A stretch of 64,000 bases of DNA, taken from positions 128,001-192,000 of the forward strand of contig CAVPNL010000003.1 of NCBI GenBank assembly GCA_963706575.1, given 5' to 3'. This DNA comes from an uncultured delta proteobacterium (GTDB lineage: Bacteria; Desulfobacterota; Desulfobacteria; Desulfobacterales; JAHEIW01). The position numbers and the translations under genes were made by a program. Numbering within the stretch: the first letter of the stretch is position 1; every line of letters begins with the position of its first letter. The notes beneath the pieces were generated by a model. The model did not search any database and was not told where the DNA came from. It was given only the letters and a program-made list of their open reading frames with translations. This document shows positions 9,752 through 19,455 of this stretch, piece after piece.

Positions 9752-9777
9752 TAGAAGTGGTTTCAAAACCACTTCTA
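9752..9777. repeat. Collapsed copy B of the hairpin element (ends only)
   Basis: TAGAAGTGGTTTCAAAACCACTTCTA is the left IR of copy A fused to its right tail at the shared AAACC. Confidence 0.75.
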
Positions 9778-9825
9778 GTATTTATTGTTTATTCGGCCAT
9801 TTGCCGATGGACCTTAACTCCTTTT

Positions 9826-11109
9826 TTATATCCCCTCTTCAAACACAACGCGTCCACCGACCATGGTCAGCACCGGTTTGCCTCGCAGCAGCCAGCCGTT
9901 AAAAGGGCAGTTTCTACTAAGCGATTGAAATTGTGAAACATCCACCTTAAAGGCCGCATGTGGGTCGATAATGGTGATATCCGCCGCCCGCCCGGGCCGC
10001 AAGCCGTGGGCAAGGCCGAGGATGCGTGCCGGATTTGCGGACATCTTTTCAATTAATTCCGTTAATGAGATGACACCTTCCTGTACCAGCTTTAATCCTA
10101 ACGAAACCGCAGTCTCCAGTCCGATAACACCGTTGGCGGCCTTATTAAATTCAACAGCCTTTTCGCGGGCTGAGTGGGGGGCATGATCGGTCGCAATCAC
10201 ATCAATCGTTCCGTCGGCCAATCCCCTGCGGACGGCTTCCCGGTCCTCAGCCGAGCGCAGCGGCGGGTTCATTTTGGCATCGGTCCCGCATTGCCGCACG
10301 GCCTCATCGGTTAACATAAAATAATGCGGAGCCGTTTCAGCAGTCACCTTCAGACCGCTTGATTTTGCTTCCCGCAGCGCCCGCACGGATTCAGCCGTGC
10401 TCACATGTGCAATGTGCACCGGGGCTCCGGTTGATTCGCTCAGGGCAATATCGCGCTCAACCATGACACTCTCGCTGGCATTGGATATGCCGGCCAGCTG
10501 CAGCTCGGAAGCGACCGTACCGGCGTTCATAACGCCGCCGGCCGCCAGGTTCAGATCCTCGCAGTGGGAAATTACCGGCAGATTATGGCGTTTGGCAGCC
10601 GTTAATGCGTCCTGCATGAGGCGGTCATCCATAACCGGATTGCCGTCATCCGACACGGCAACTGCACCGCAGGCTTTCAGCCGCTCAAACTCACAGATTT
10701 GCCTGCCTGCCAGCCCGACGCTGATCGCGCCCACCGGATAGACTTTTGCAAAATTTGCCCGGCCCGCCTGGCTTAAAATAAATTCAGTTATCTCACAATT
10801 ATCATTTACCGGATGGGTGTTGGGCATCGCGCAGACCGCAGTGAATCCGCCCCAGGCGGCTGCCCGGGAGCCCGTCTCGATGGTCTCTTTGTGCTCATGA
10901 CCGGGTTCTCTGAGATGAACGTGCATATCGATAAAACCCGGACAGACAATTTTACCGGAGGCGTTAATTATCTTAGAGACCGGCGCTATTGCTTCTTTTT
11001 GGCCTTCTTTTACGATCTCGACAATTTTATTTGCGCGCACAAGAATATCGGCTATCGTATCCAGATGACCGGGGTCGATGACTCTGCCGCCCTGTATCCG
11101 GGTTAACAT
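9826..11109 (-). CDS. pyrC: Dihydroorotase (type I)
   Basis: PGFIDMHVHLREPG, MPNT, KMNPPLR and IATDHAPH motifs. Confidence 0.95.
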   Translation of the reverse strand: MLTRIQGGRVIDPGHLDTIADILVRANKIVEIVKEGQKEAIAPVSKIINASGKIVCPGFIDMHVHLREPGHEHKETIETGSRAAAWGGFTAVCAMPNTHPVNDNCEITEFILSQAGRANFAKVYPVGAISVGLAGRQICEFERLKACGAVAVSDDGNPVMDDRLMQDALTAAKRHNLPVISHCEDLNLAAGGVMNAGTVASELQLAGISNASESVMVERDIALSESTGAPVHIAHVSTAESVRALREAKSSGLKVTAETAPHYFMLTDEAVRQCGTDAKMNPPLRSAEDREAVRRGLADGTIDVIATDHAPHSAREKAVEFNKAANGVIGLETAVSLGLKLVQEGVISLTELIEKMSANPARILGLAHGLRPGRAADITIIDPHAAFKVDVSQFQSLSRNCPFNGWLLRGKPVLTMVGGRVVFEEGI

Positions 11110-11153
11110 AGCGGGTTTTCTCCCAACGCGTGCTTTGAAATTTCTGTGATCAA

Positions 11154-11840
11154 TTATTTTAATATTTGGCCGAGTCTGCCCCACCTGACGCCAAAATTTT
11201 CCTTATCCCATGACCAATAGATAATAAAAGCCTTGCCGTTCACCGCTTTATAATCGACAAATCCCCAAAAACGGCTGTCAAAGCTTTCATCCCGGTTGTC
11301 TCCCATCACGAACAGGGACTGCTCGGGCACGGTTACCGGCCCGAAATTATCTCTTGGCCGGATGTGGGCCGGCAGAATACGCGGATCCGTATAGACGCCA
11401 TAAGCATGATTAACTCTTTCTTGGTTGAGGTAGAGTTTTTTGTCACGAATCTCAATCACATCTCCGGGAATACCGATAACGCGTTTGATAAAATCCTTAT
11501 TGGGGTCAACGGGGTATTTAAAAACGACGATGTCGCCGCGATTCGGTTTTTTAATCGGAATAATGTTTTTGCGCAAATACGGTATTTTTAAGCCGTAGAT
11601 GAATTTGTTGACCAGGATGTGATCTCCGATCTGAAGCGTTTGCTTCATTGAGCCTGAAGGAATTTTAAAGGCCTGAACCACAAATGTCCTTATAAACAAC
11701 GCGATGACAATGGCCACTAAAATGGCTTCGATATTCTCGCGTAGCGTACCCTTTTGGGGATACTCATTTTCGGCCTCAGCAATATGATCAGATTTCAATG
11801 TTTCTTTGAACCTTTCTGTATGGAATTGGATTCGGCACAC
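11154..11840 (-). CDS. lepB: Signal peptidase I (true start uncertain, possibly TTG 11798)
   Basis: IPSGSMKQTL (Ser), FIKRVIG (Lys), GDNRDESFDSRFWG. Confidence 0.95.
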   Translation of the reverse strand: MCRIQFHTERFKETLKSDHIAEAENEYPQKGTLRENIEAILVAIVIALFIRTFVVQAFKIPSGSMKQTLQIGDHILVNKFIYGLKIPYLRKNIIPIKKPNRGDIVVFKYPVDPNKDFIKRVIGIPGDVIEIRDKKLYLNQERVNHAYGVYTDPRILPAHIRPRDNFGPVTVPEQSLFVMGDNRDESFDSRFWGFVDYKAVNGKAFIIYWSWDKENFGVRWGRLGQILK

Positions 11841-11909
11841 GAATCAATGGAATCGGCAATGGTTGTCCCATTGAGTAAAAGCGCATGTCCTGTGTTTGGT
11901 CTGTTTTAA

Positions 11910-12377
11910 TTACCCCATACCAGTGACATAAATGGCAAGCCGAATGACCAGGTTGCCGAACACGCCCGCTAGAACATCATCGAGCACGATCCCGCTGCCA
12001 CCCCCGACTCTTTTTTCAAGGATACGGATCGGAAACGGTTTCAGTATATCAAATACTCTAAAAATCACAAACCCGGCCAGCGCCGTCTTTAAGTTAAAGG
12101 GCAAACCTGCTAAAGTGACCATAATCCCTGCAATTTCATCAATAACGATTTGCCCTGGATCTTTTTGCTTTATGATCTTCTCTGCTGCCGATGCGATCCC
12201 TATCGCAAATAAGATAAAGGCCAGAATACAAATCACAGATATCAGGAGATTTAGACGGGAAAGAAGAAAACATACCGGCAGTCCGATTAACGATCCAAAG
12301 GTGCCGGGCGCAAAAGGTACGGTTCCGATAAGAAAACCTGTCGCCACAAAAAAAACCGCTTGTTCGCGAAATTTCAT
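11910..12377 (-). CDS. pgpA: Phosphatidylglycerophosphatase A
   Basis: APGTFGS, DPGQIVIDEIAG, FRVFDILKPFPI, DDVLAG. Confidence 0.95.
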   Translation of the reverse strand: MKFREQAVFFVATGFLIGTVPFAPGTFGSLIGLPVCFLLSRLNLLISVICILAFILFAIGIASAAEKIIKQKDPGQIVIDEIAGIMVTLAGLPFNLKTALAGFVIFRVFDILKPFPIRILEKRVGGGSGIVLDDVLAGVFGNLVIRLAIYVTGMG

Positions 12378-12529
12378 GGCCCGTGTCTATAACCTGCTCT
12401 GCCGTTTGTCAAGCGGCAAGCCCACCCGCCGGGCAATTCTCGGAAAAATTATCTGCGTGCGTCCGTGTGGGGTACGCCGCGGCACAGCTCGCCAGAGCGA
12501 AGACGGGTCTGTGGCTAATTCATCTGCCA

Positions 12530-13708
12530 TTATCTTTCCGCAACCTCTTTTGCGATGGTTTCATATACCACCCGCAGCGGCAAATTCCGTTTCAGCGCGA
12601 TCTTTCTGCAGACATCATATTCCGGGACCAAACGCTCGCCCCCATCCGGATCTTTGACCTGTTTAACCTGGATTTTGCCAAATGAGCTCTGAATTGTCAG
12701 CTGCTCTCGCGCAAGCAGTTTGCGCGCCGCTTTATAATAACGGACGCCCAGGGATGTGGTTTCAGAAAGAAGTCGTTGGATGAGCCGATCTTTTCCATCT
12801 TCCGCGCACAACACCTGTATCAGCGTGCCGGGTCTGTTTTTCTTCATGTAGACCGGGATCCAGTAGACATCGAGTGCGCCGTCTGCGTACAGGCGCTCCA
12901 TGATAAAACCGAAAAATTCCGGGTTCATATCATCGATACAGGTCTCCAGAATAATGATCTGATCGGTTTGCAAACCTTCGGATGAATCTGCAACGTCTCC
13001 CGTAATGATTCGCAGAAGATTTGGCCTGTCGGCCAATTCCCTTTGACCCGCACCATAGCCGGTTTTTTTTACATGCATGGGCGGCAGCGGACCAAAGGAT
13101 TCTGCCAGGGAGGCAATAATCGCGGCACCGGTCGGGGTGACCAGTTCGGCGGCCACGTCGGTTCCGTAAACCGGTGCATCCTTCAGAATTTCGATGGTCG
13201 CCGGCGCCGGAACCGGAAGCGTTCCGTGCTGGCACTTAACGAAACCGGAACCCAGGGGAATCCTGGAGGAGGTCACCTTATGGATGCCCAGTTTCTCTAA
13301 ACACAGTGCGCTACCGACAATATCAACAATCGCATCGACACCACCCACTTCATGGAAATGAACTTCGTGCAAATCGCAACCATGAATACCGGCTTCGACC
13401 CGGGCCAGCGTCTCGAATACGGTCAAACTGCTGGATTTAACGTCATCAGACAGGGGGCAATTTTCCAGCAATGACTTGATCGTTTTATAATCCCTTGAAT
13501 GATCGGAATTCTCGATTTCAACGCTTGCACATGTTGCCCGAATTCCATTTCTCATCACGGGCGTCGCCGTCAGTTGAAATCCATTTAAAGGCAAACGCGA
13601 CAGCTCATTTTGCAACCAGTCAACCGGCGCGCCGAGGTCTATTAAAGCGCCCAGGGTCATATCGCCGCTAATACCGGAGAAGCAATCAAAATAGGCTTGC
13701 AACAACAT
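12530..13708 (-). CDS. larC: Nickel pincer cofactor biosynthesis protein LarC
   Basis: YFDCFSGISGDMTLGAL, VHFHEVGGVDAIVDI, HGTLPVPAPAT, ELVTPTGAA, MKKNRPG. Confidence 0.93.
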   Translation of the reverse strand: MLLQAYFDCFSGISGDMTLGALIDLGAPVDWLQNELSRLPLNGFQLTATPVMRNGIRATCASVEIENSDHSRDYKTIKSLLENCPLSDDVKSSSLTVFETLARVEAGIHGCDLHEVHFHEVGGVDAIVDIVGSALCLEKLGIHKVTSSRIPLGSGFVKCQHGTLPVPAPATIEILKDAPVYGTDVAAELVTPTGAAIIASLAESFGPLPPMHVKKTGYGAGQRELADRPNLLRIITGDVADSSEGLQTDQIIILETCIDDMNPEFFGFIMERLYADGALDVYWIPVYMKKNRPGTLIQVLCAEDGKDRLIQRLLSETTSLGVRYYKAARKLLAREQLTIQSSFGKIQVKQVKDPDGGERLVPEYDVCRKIALKRNLPLRVVYETIAKEVAER

Positions 13709-13754
13709 GTGGCTACCTGTTGTAAATAACGCCAATATGCGTATTCATAAATTT

Positions 13755-13838
13755 AACCACGAAGGTCACGAAGGACACAAAGCAAGAAATTTAAAAATCT
13801 TGTAATAATCTTCGGGTATCTTCGTGATCTCTGTGGTG
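13755..13838. repeat. Periodic inverted-arm repeat (~9-nt unit)
   Basis: CACGAAGGT CACGAAGGA CACAAAG ... CTTCGGGTAT CTTCGTGAT CTCTGTGGT. Confidence 0.65.
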
Positions 13839-13924
13839 ACCGGACTTAAATATTGACAAATGAGGCAATGGTTATAATATAGATCCCCTAACCCGGTCCA
13901 GCCGGAAAAAAACAAGCTAAAAAC

Positions 13925-14022
13925 GGAAGTGCGCAGCTGTCTGGTGAAGCTCCCGGACTTCAAATCCGGTGTGGGGCGCTAAAACCGTCCCGGGTGGGTT
14001 CGATTCCCATGCACTTCCGCCA
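13925..14022 (+). tRNA. selC: tRNA-Sec (anticodon UCA)
   Basis: 8-bp acceptor stem GGAAGTGC/GCACTTCC + GCCA, anticodon loop CTTCAAA, long variable arm, GTTCGATT; 98 nt. Confidence 0.95.
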
Positions 14023-14060
14023 TTTAAAATAGCAGCATTATATTTCTAAATCAATCTCTT

Positions 14061-14089
14061 ATCTCTTGATGACCATCAAGAGATTTTTT
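14061..14089 (+). terminator. Intrinsic terminator after selC
   Basis: ATCTCTTGAT-GACC-ATCAAGAGAT followed by a T run. Confidence 0.75.
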
Positions 14090-14521
14090 GTTTTTAAAGA
14101 CAAACTCTCCGGGATAAATGAAAAATATGAATCAGGTCGTTGGGATAATCCGGTTTTACCAAGCTGAAAAACGACATATTGCGTACCGTCTGCGTTCAAT
14201 GCCGGCCACCGCTCCAATTAAAATTTGTTTGCAGACGGCAATGCTAATATGTGAAGATATTGAGAAACGGCGGGCTTTCAAACGCCAGGATGATTAGCCA
14301 AAACGCTGACGCATAGAAAAGCGCATATATTAAGAAATTGTATTTTAAGCAAGAGGACATTAAAACGGCTTTATCGAAAGGTCTGTGAAATACGTGGATT
14401 GTGCAGCATCCAAGAACCTGATATATATTGTCGAACAGACCCTTCCCGGCACACGATTCAACGGATGGGGCAAGAGGCCGTCACTTCCAATCTTAGATTC
14501 GGTCTATTCAATGGGAGAAAA

Positions 14522-16210
14522 ATGGAAATCTGGAAACTGATCGGTGAGATATTACTGCTTCTTTTGGGTGCGTTTCTGCTCGGGGCCTTAGCGCAGCGGC
14601 TCAAACAGAGCGCCATTATCGGTTATCTTTTAGCGGGAATCGTCCTAGGCCCCCTGCTATTCAATCGGCAAGCAGTGATGAGCGTCGCAGAACTCGGTGT
14701 GGCCTTGCTGCTTTTTTCCATCGGACTGGAATTCTCGCTGGGTCGTCTGAAGCGCATGGGATCAATTGCTCTGGTGGGAGGAAGTCTTCAGGTGTTGCTG
14801 ACAATGGGGCTTTTTGCAGGCCTTTTTGTCCTGTTCCATCCGCCGGCTTCCGCGCTGGCCATTGGAGCGTTGGTGGCTCTCAGTTCGACGGCCATCGTGC
14901 TGCGGGTCCTGGTGGATCGGGCGGAAATTGACTCGGTCCATGGCCGATCGGCCCTGGGAGTCCTTCTGGTACAGGACGTTGCAGTGGTGCCTTTGGTTCT
15001 TTTTATTACCATACTCACCGGAGGCGGAAACTCCCTTGAGATCGCTGTGACCGTCGGCCGAACTTTAGGTGCCGCAGTCGCAATCGTTGCTCTGTTCTAT
15101 ATTCTATATTTTCAGATAATCCCTCGGCTTCTGCTAAAGACGGAACTTTTTGCCAATAGAGAGCTGGTGGTGCTGCTCACCATTCTGCTGGCCGTCGGAT
15201 CTATCTGGGCCGCCCATTCTGTGGGGCTATCTCCCTCGCTCGGGGCGTTTCTTGCAGGAATGCTGCTGGCGGAATCCCCTTTTGCCGCTCAAGTCCGCTC
15301 GGACATCGGTTCGATTCGAGTCCTTTTTGTAACCCTGTTTTTCGTCTCGATCGGCATGCTGGCCGATCCGGGCTGGTTTTTATCGAACTGGACTGTCGTC
15401 TTTCTGTGGCTCTTTCTGGTCGTCATCGGAAAAACGCTAATCGTTTATCTCATCTTCCTCTTTTTTAAAATCGGCCATGGCCAAGCCCTGGCCACAGGTA
15501 TTTCTCTATCACAGATGGGGGAGTTCTCATTTGTGCTGGGAACGATTGCAAAAACAGGGGGACTAATCGACGGCGAAATATTTGCGCTGATCGTTTCGGT
15601 CACTATTTTTTCCATGTTCATCGCCCCCTATGCGGTCAGTTATGCCATTCCGCTGGCGCGTTGGAGCGTGGGCCTGTTTTCATCCCGTCAACGGTCACTG
15701 ATGATGCAACAGGAAAAAAACGCCCTTACAACATCCGGCCGCATCTTGATTATCGGATTCGGCCCTGCCGGACAGGAGGTGGCCGACGCGCTCATAAAAG
15801 AAAAGCTCAGGCCGGAGGTAATCGAACTCAATCCGAAAACGGCGCAAATCGCTCGGGAAAAGGGGCTGCCATTGCATCTGGGAGATGCCTCGGGAGCAGA
15901 AATGCTTGAAAAAGGGGGGATTCACGAAGCCTGTATTGTGGTCGTCACCGTCCCGGATCCCCGTAGTGCAGCCCAGATCATTCGAACCATTCACCTGATG
16001 TCCCCTAACCTGCCGGTAATTGCGCGAAGCCGTTATCAAATCGCCGTTCCTGACCTGCAAAGAGCTGGAGCCGTCGTCATTGACGAAGAGCATACGGTCG
16101 GAATAGCAATCGCCCGAGAAGTCATCGAGGTTTTGCGCCAGCCTCAAAATGAAGCCATGGCCTGCGCACTTGCCGGCCAGAGGCCCGAAGAAGAAAATCC
16201 GAGGGATTGA
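14522..16210 (+). CDS. CPA2 cation:proton antiporter with TrkA-N domain (Kef-type)
   Basis: AELGVALLLFSIGLEFS, ALSSTAIV, LLVQD, LGAFLAG, then IIGFGPAG (KTN domain). Confidence 0.9.
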   Translation: MEIWKLIGEILLLLLGAFLLGALAQRLKQSAIIGYLLAGIVLGPLLFNRQAVMSVAELGVALLLFSIGLEFSLGRLKRMGSIALVGGSLQVLLTMGLFAGLFVLFHPPASALAIGALVALSSTAIVLRVLVDRAEIDSVHGRSALGVLLVQDVAVVPLVLFITILTGGGNSLEIAVTVGRTLGAAVAIVALFYILYFQIIPRLLLKTELFANRELVVLLTILLAVGSIWAAHSVGLSPSLGAFLAGMLLAESPFAAQVRSDIGSIRVLFVTLFFVSIGMLADPGWFLSNWTVVFLWLFLVVIGKTLIVYLIFLFFKIGHGQALATGISLSQMGEFSFVLGTIAKTGGLIDGEIFALIVSVTIFSMFIAPYAVSYAIPLARWSVGLFSSRQRSLMMQQEKNALTTSGRILIIGFGPAGQEVADALIKEKLRPEVIELNPKTAQIAREKGLPLHLGDASGAEMLEKGGIHEACIVVVTVPDPRSAAQIIRTIHLMSPNLPVIARSRYQIAVPDLQRAGAVVIDEEHTVGIAIAREVIEVLRQPQNEAMACALAGQRPEEENPRD

Positions 16211-16252
16211 AGCACAAACAAAAGCGCAAGGAAGAATGAAAAATTCAGTTAA

Positions 16253-17002
16253 CTATTCATTATCACTTAATCCCTCAATCAGCGCCATTACGTTTTGGCC
16301 TAATACCTGGTGATTATAGCCGCCTTCCAGAATCCCGAAGCAGCCGCCTCCGGATCGGCTGGCTGCCGCTTTAACGAGTTGCCCAATTTTAAAATAATCT
16401 TCGGTCAGAAGCAGCCCTCCCCAGTCGTCACGGTGATTGTCAAAACCGGCTGAAATCCCGATTAAATCCACCCGACAGTCATCCAGTTCCTTTTCGATTT
16501 CCGCCAGAAACGACTGACGATCTGTAGCTTCCACATTATGAACCGTGACATAATTTATAGATCCAAGAATATTCACCGTCCCATCGCCGTAATGAAGGTC
16601 GATGTCCAATACATAGGCCGTTTTTATTTGCCCCTTATTTTTGAGGGCCTGCAATGCCACGGCCATATTGTTGAAAAAACAAAACCCCCAGGATGAATCA
16701 GCTGAAGCGTGGTGGCCGGGGGGGCGGATCAATCCAAAGGCCGGCTCGGCAAGTCCGATGCTTGCCGCCTGAACAGCCCCGCCGGCAGCTAGCGCGGCGA
16801 TATCGTAAAGGCCGCTTTGATGGACGGAATCAATGTGGGTTTTGGTGTGGGCCGCCTCAATATCCTTTTGGGTGGCCGACTGTGCCCTGACAAGCTCAAC
16901 CCTGGATTCGATGGCCTCCATGATGGACTCCATGCGACCTGCAGACGACGCCGGATCGGTGGTATAAACCCTGTAGAAATCTTCATGAAAAACGACTTTC
17001 AT
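16253..17002 (-). CDS. Histone deacetylase family (AcuC/AphA-like) protein
   Basis: RPPGHHA, GFCFFNN, DIDLHYGDGT, SAGFD, LEGGY. Confidence 0.92.
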   Translation of the reverse strand: MKVVFHEDFYRVYTTDPASSAGRMESIMEAIESRVELVRAQSATQKDIEAAHTKTHIDSVHQSGLYDIAALAAGGAVQAASIGLAEPAFGLIRPPGHHASADSSWGFCFFNNMAVALQALKNKGQIKTAYVLDIDLHYGDGTVNILGSINYVTVHNVEATDRQSFLAEIEKELDDCRVDLIGISAGFDNHRDDWGGLLLTEDYFKIGQLVKAAASRSGGGCFGILEGGYNHQVLGQNVMALIEGLSDNE

Positions 17003-17025
17003 GGTTCCCCCATATCAAATAATAG

Positions 17026-17158
17026 AGGTTTCAGGTGTCAGTAAAATAACTCACCAATCATAGCTGGTAAGCTGGGAAGCTTGGAGGCTATAGGCTTGCA
17101 AAAATTTAGCTTTCCAGTTTCCCGGCCTTCCAGCCTCCCCGCCTTATAGCTTTCCAGC
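17026..17158. repeat. Periodic inverted-arm repeat (8-nt unit) plus a heptamer half-arm
   Basis: AGGTTTCAGGTGTCAG; GCTGGTAA GCTGGGAA GCTTGGAG ... CTTTCCAG TTTCCCGG CCTTCCAG CCTCCCCG CCTTATAG CTTTCCAG. Confidence 0.7.
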
Positions 17159-17161
17159 CGA

Positions 17162-18553
17162 TTATCCCTTTTTGACCAGTCTGGCGACCGACTCGATGTG
17201 ATAGGTATGCGGAAACAGGTCGACCGGCTGGACTTCTTCTACCCGATACGCTTCTTTAAGCAAAATGAGATCACGGGCCAGGGTGGTGGGATTGCAGGAT
17301 ACGTATACGATTCGTTCGGGCAACAGCGCCAGCACCTGTTTGGCCACATCCGGGTGCATCCCGGCTCTGGGCGGGTCGATAATAAGAACTTCCGGCCGCC
17401 GGGAGATCGCCGGCAACGTTTCACGGATATCGCCCGGGATAAACCGGCAATTTTCAACCTGATTATGACGGCAGTTGTTTTCGGCGTCGGCAATAGCGCT
17501 GGGGGCTATCTCAAGACCGATAACTTCTCTAGCAGCACCGGAAAGCAGAATCGGTATGGTGCCCGTACCCGAATACAAATCCAGAACCGTTTCAGAGCCG
17601 TTCAATTCAGCATATTGTTTAACCGTATCATACAATTTAGCGGCACCCGGAGTGTTGGTTTGAAAAAAGGAGTTGGCCGATATTTTAAACTCAAAAGAAC
17701 CAATTTGGTCAATAATAGTTGAATCGCCGACAAGGGTAATCTCGGATTCACCGGTGGTCACGCCGGCTTTGCGCGCAGTGATGTTATTTATTACCGCGAT
17801 GACATCCGGGTAGGTTTTCACTAATCGGTTTGCAAGGGAGTGCAGAACTTGCCGATTTTCCGCTGCGGTTACGATATTTACCATCCAGCGGTCAAGAGCC
17901 ACCGAATGCCGCAGCATTAAAAACCGCCAGAATCCTTCATGGCTGTGCAGGCCGTAAGGCGACAATCCGGACGATATGATAAATTGGCGCACATCATCGA
18001 GCAGCTGATTGCCCAAACCGGGCTGCAGCAGGCATCTTTTGGTATCAAATACCTTAAAAAACGTTCCCGGCACATGCAGGCCGATGGCAAAGCCTTTATC
18101 AATTTCAGACAATTGCATCTCATCAGGCGTCAGCCACCGACGGTCGGTGCAGGAGAATTCCATTTTGTTGCGATAGCCGAATATCTGCGGTGAAGGTATG
18201 GTGGCATGAACCCGGGCATCCCTGATTTGTCCAATATGCTCAAGGGACTCTTGAACATGCTGACGTTTGTATTTTAATTGCACCGCATATTCCAAAAATT
18301 GCCACTTGCAGCCGCCGCAAAAACCACTGTATATACAGGGTGGATGAACCCGGTCAGGTGAGCCTATTAGCAATTCCATGACCCGCGCTTCCGCATAGTT
18401 CTTTTTCTTGCGAGTGATGCGAATCAACACGCGATCACCGGGTACGGCCTGGTCCACAAAGACAGCCAGTCCGTCGATGCGAACGAGGCCTTTTCCGCCA
18501 AAGGCAATGTCGCTGATTTCAACTTCGATTGATTGGCCTTTTTTCACTTTCAT
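17162..18553 (-). CDS. rlmD: 23S rRNA (uracil-1939-C5)-methyltransferase
   Basis: TRAM domain, C-CGGC Fe-S motif, YRNKMEF, SFFQTN, LDLYSGTG, DPPRAG, YVSCNPTTLARD, DLFPHTYHIE. Confidence 0.95.
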   Translation of the reverse strand: MKVKKGQSIEVEISDIAFGGKGLVRIDGLAVFVDQAVPGDRVLIRITRKKKNYAEARVMELLIGSPDRVHPPCIYSGFCGGCKWQFLEYAVQLKYKRQHVQESLEHIGQIRDARVHATIPSPQIFGYRNKMEFSCTDRRWLTPDEMQLSEIDKGFAIGLHVPGTFFKVFDTKRCLLQPGLGNQLLDDVRQFIISSGLSPYGLHSHEGFWRFLMLRHSVALDRWMVNIVTAAENRQVLHSLANRLVKTYPDVIAVINNITARKAGVTTGESEITLVGDSTIIDQIGSFEFKISANSFFQTNTPGAAKLYDTVKQYAELNGSETVLDLYSGTGTIPILLSGAAREVIGLEIAPSAIADAENNCRHNQVENCRFIPGDIRETLPAISRRPEVLIIDPPRAGMHPDVAKQVLALLPERIVYVSCNPTTLARDLILLKEAYRVEEVQPVDLFPHTYHIESVARLVKKG

Positions 18554-18698
18554 CGCTGTTGGCTCTTTGATGAAAAAGTCAATTTTGCAGTGTTATATAT
18601 TAAAGTGTTTGTTTAGCTTTAAATTATTAATATACTGATAATATAATATATCAATAAAATATAAAAAATAATATCCGGCAGCTTAAAACCTACACTAA

Positions 18699-19442
18699 AT
18701 GGGCATCATGGTCAATTCAAAGAAAGAATCCATTATAGAAGAGATAATATTCGAAGCGGATGAGTTCAGGTTAAAAGGCTTTCTCCATCTACCACCGGTG
18801 ACCACCCCCCCGTTCGTCATTGGATGCCACGGGCTATTCAGTGATAAAAATTCGCCCAAGCAGATTGAACTCGCAAAGCACTGCAACAGGCTCAACATAG
18901 CCTATTTTCGCTTTGATCACAGGGGCTGCGGCGAAAGCAAAGCACCTTTCGAGGCCGTCACATCGCTGAATGCACGTTGCATTGACTTAAAAGCCGCAGC
19001 AAATATGCTCAGGGCCAGAGATGATCTGGGCGATCAAATGGGGCTTTTCGGCAGCAGTATGGGCGGTTCTGTCTGCCTGGCGGCCGCCGGTGATCATGCC
19101 GCCCGGACTGTTGTCACCTGGGCAGCTCCGATCTGCAGCGCCGATCTCGTTCCGCAACATGCTTACCCTTCCGGAAGTTCAGATATCCCTTTTGAAAACA
19201 CCCCCTTTGATATTCGCACCCTGCTTGCGGGCCTGCGCAACATACTCATTTTCCACAGCGATTCCGACGAAATCGTTCCCCTGGCCCATGCCGAAGAAAT
19301 ATATGAACGCGTCAGCGAGCCCAAAAAACTGGTCGTATTTTCACTCAGTGACCACCGCATGAGCCAGCCAGCTGACCAGCAGACGTTTCTGCAGGAGGCA
19401 AGCCTTTGGTTTCAGACCCGTCTAAAGCCTGACAATAAATAA
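18699..19442 (+). CDS. Alpha/beta hydrolase (serine aminopeptidase S33-like)
   Basis: HGL, RFDHRGCGES, GSSMGG nucleophile elbow, D-E-I-V-P, DH. Confidence 0.9.
   Translation: MGIMVNSKKESIIEEIIFEADEFRLKGFLHLPPVTTPPFVIGCHGLFSDKNSPKQIELAKHCNRLNIAYFRFDHRGCGESKAPFEAVTSLNARCIDLKAAANMLRARDDLGDQMGLFGSSMGGSVCLAAAGDHAARTVVTWAAPICSADLVPQHAYPSGSSDIPFENTPFDIRTLLAGLRNILIFHSDSDEIVPLAHAEEIYERVSEPKKLVVFSLSDHRMSQPADQQTFLQEASLWFQTRLKPDNK
19416..19431 (+). repeat. 16-bp direct repeat, copy 1 (copy 2 at 21068-21083)
   Basis: ACCCGTCTAAAGCCTG occurs exactly at both positions. Confidence 0.7.
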
Positions 19443-19455
19443 AGTATTACTTTTA

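Noticed and set aside
11932..12657. 241-aa plus-strand ORF and the many other 60-190 aa overlapping ORFs in the track
   Set aside because: They are antisense or alternate-frame shadows of confidently identified genes, with no motifs of their own
13853..13878. Perfect TTGACA/TATAAT promoter for selC
   Set aside because: The spacer is only 14 bp; a weaker -10 at 16 bp is possible, so it was not called as a feature
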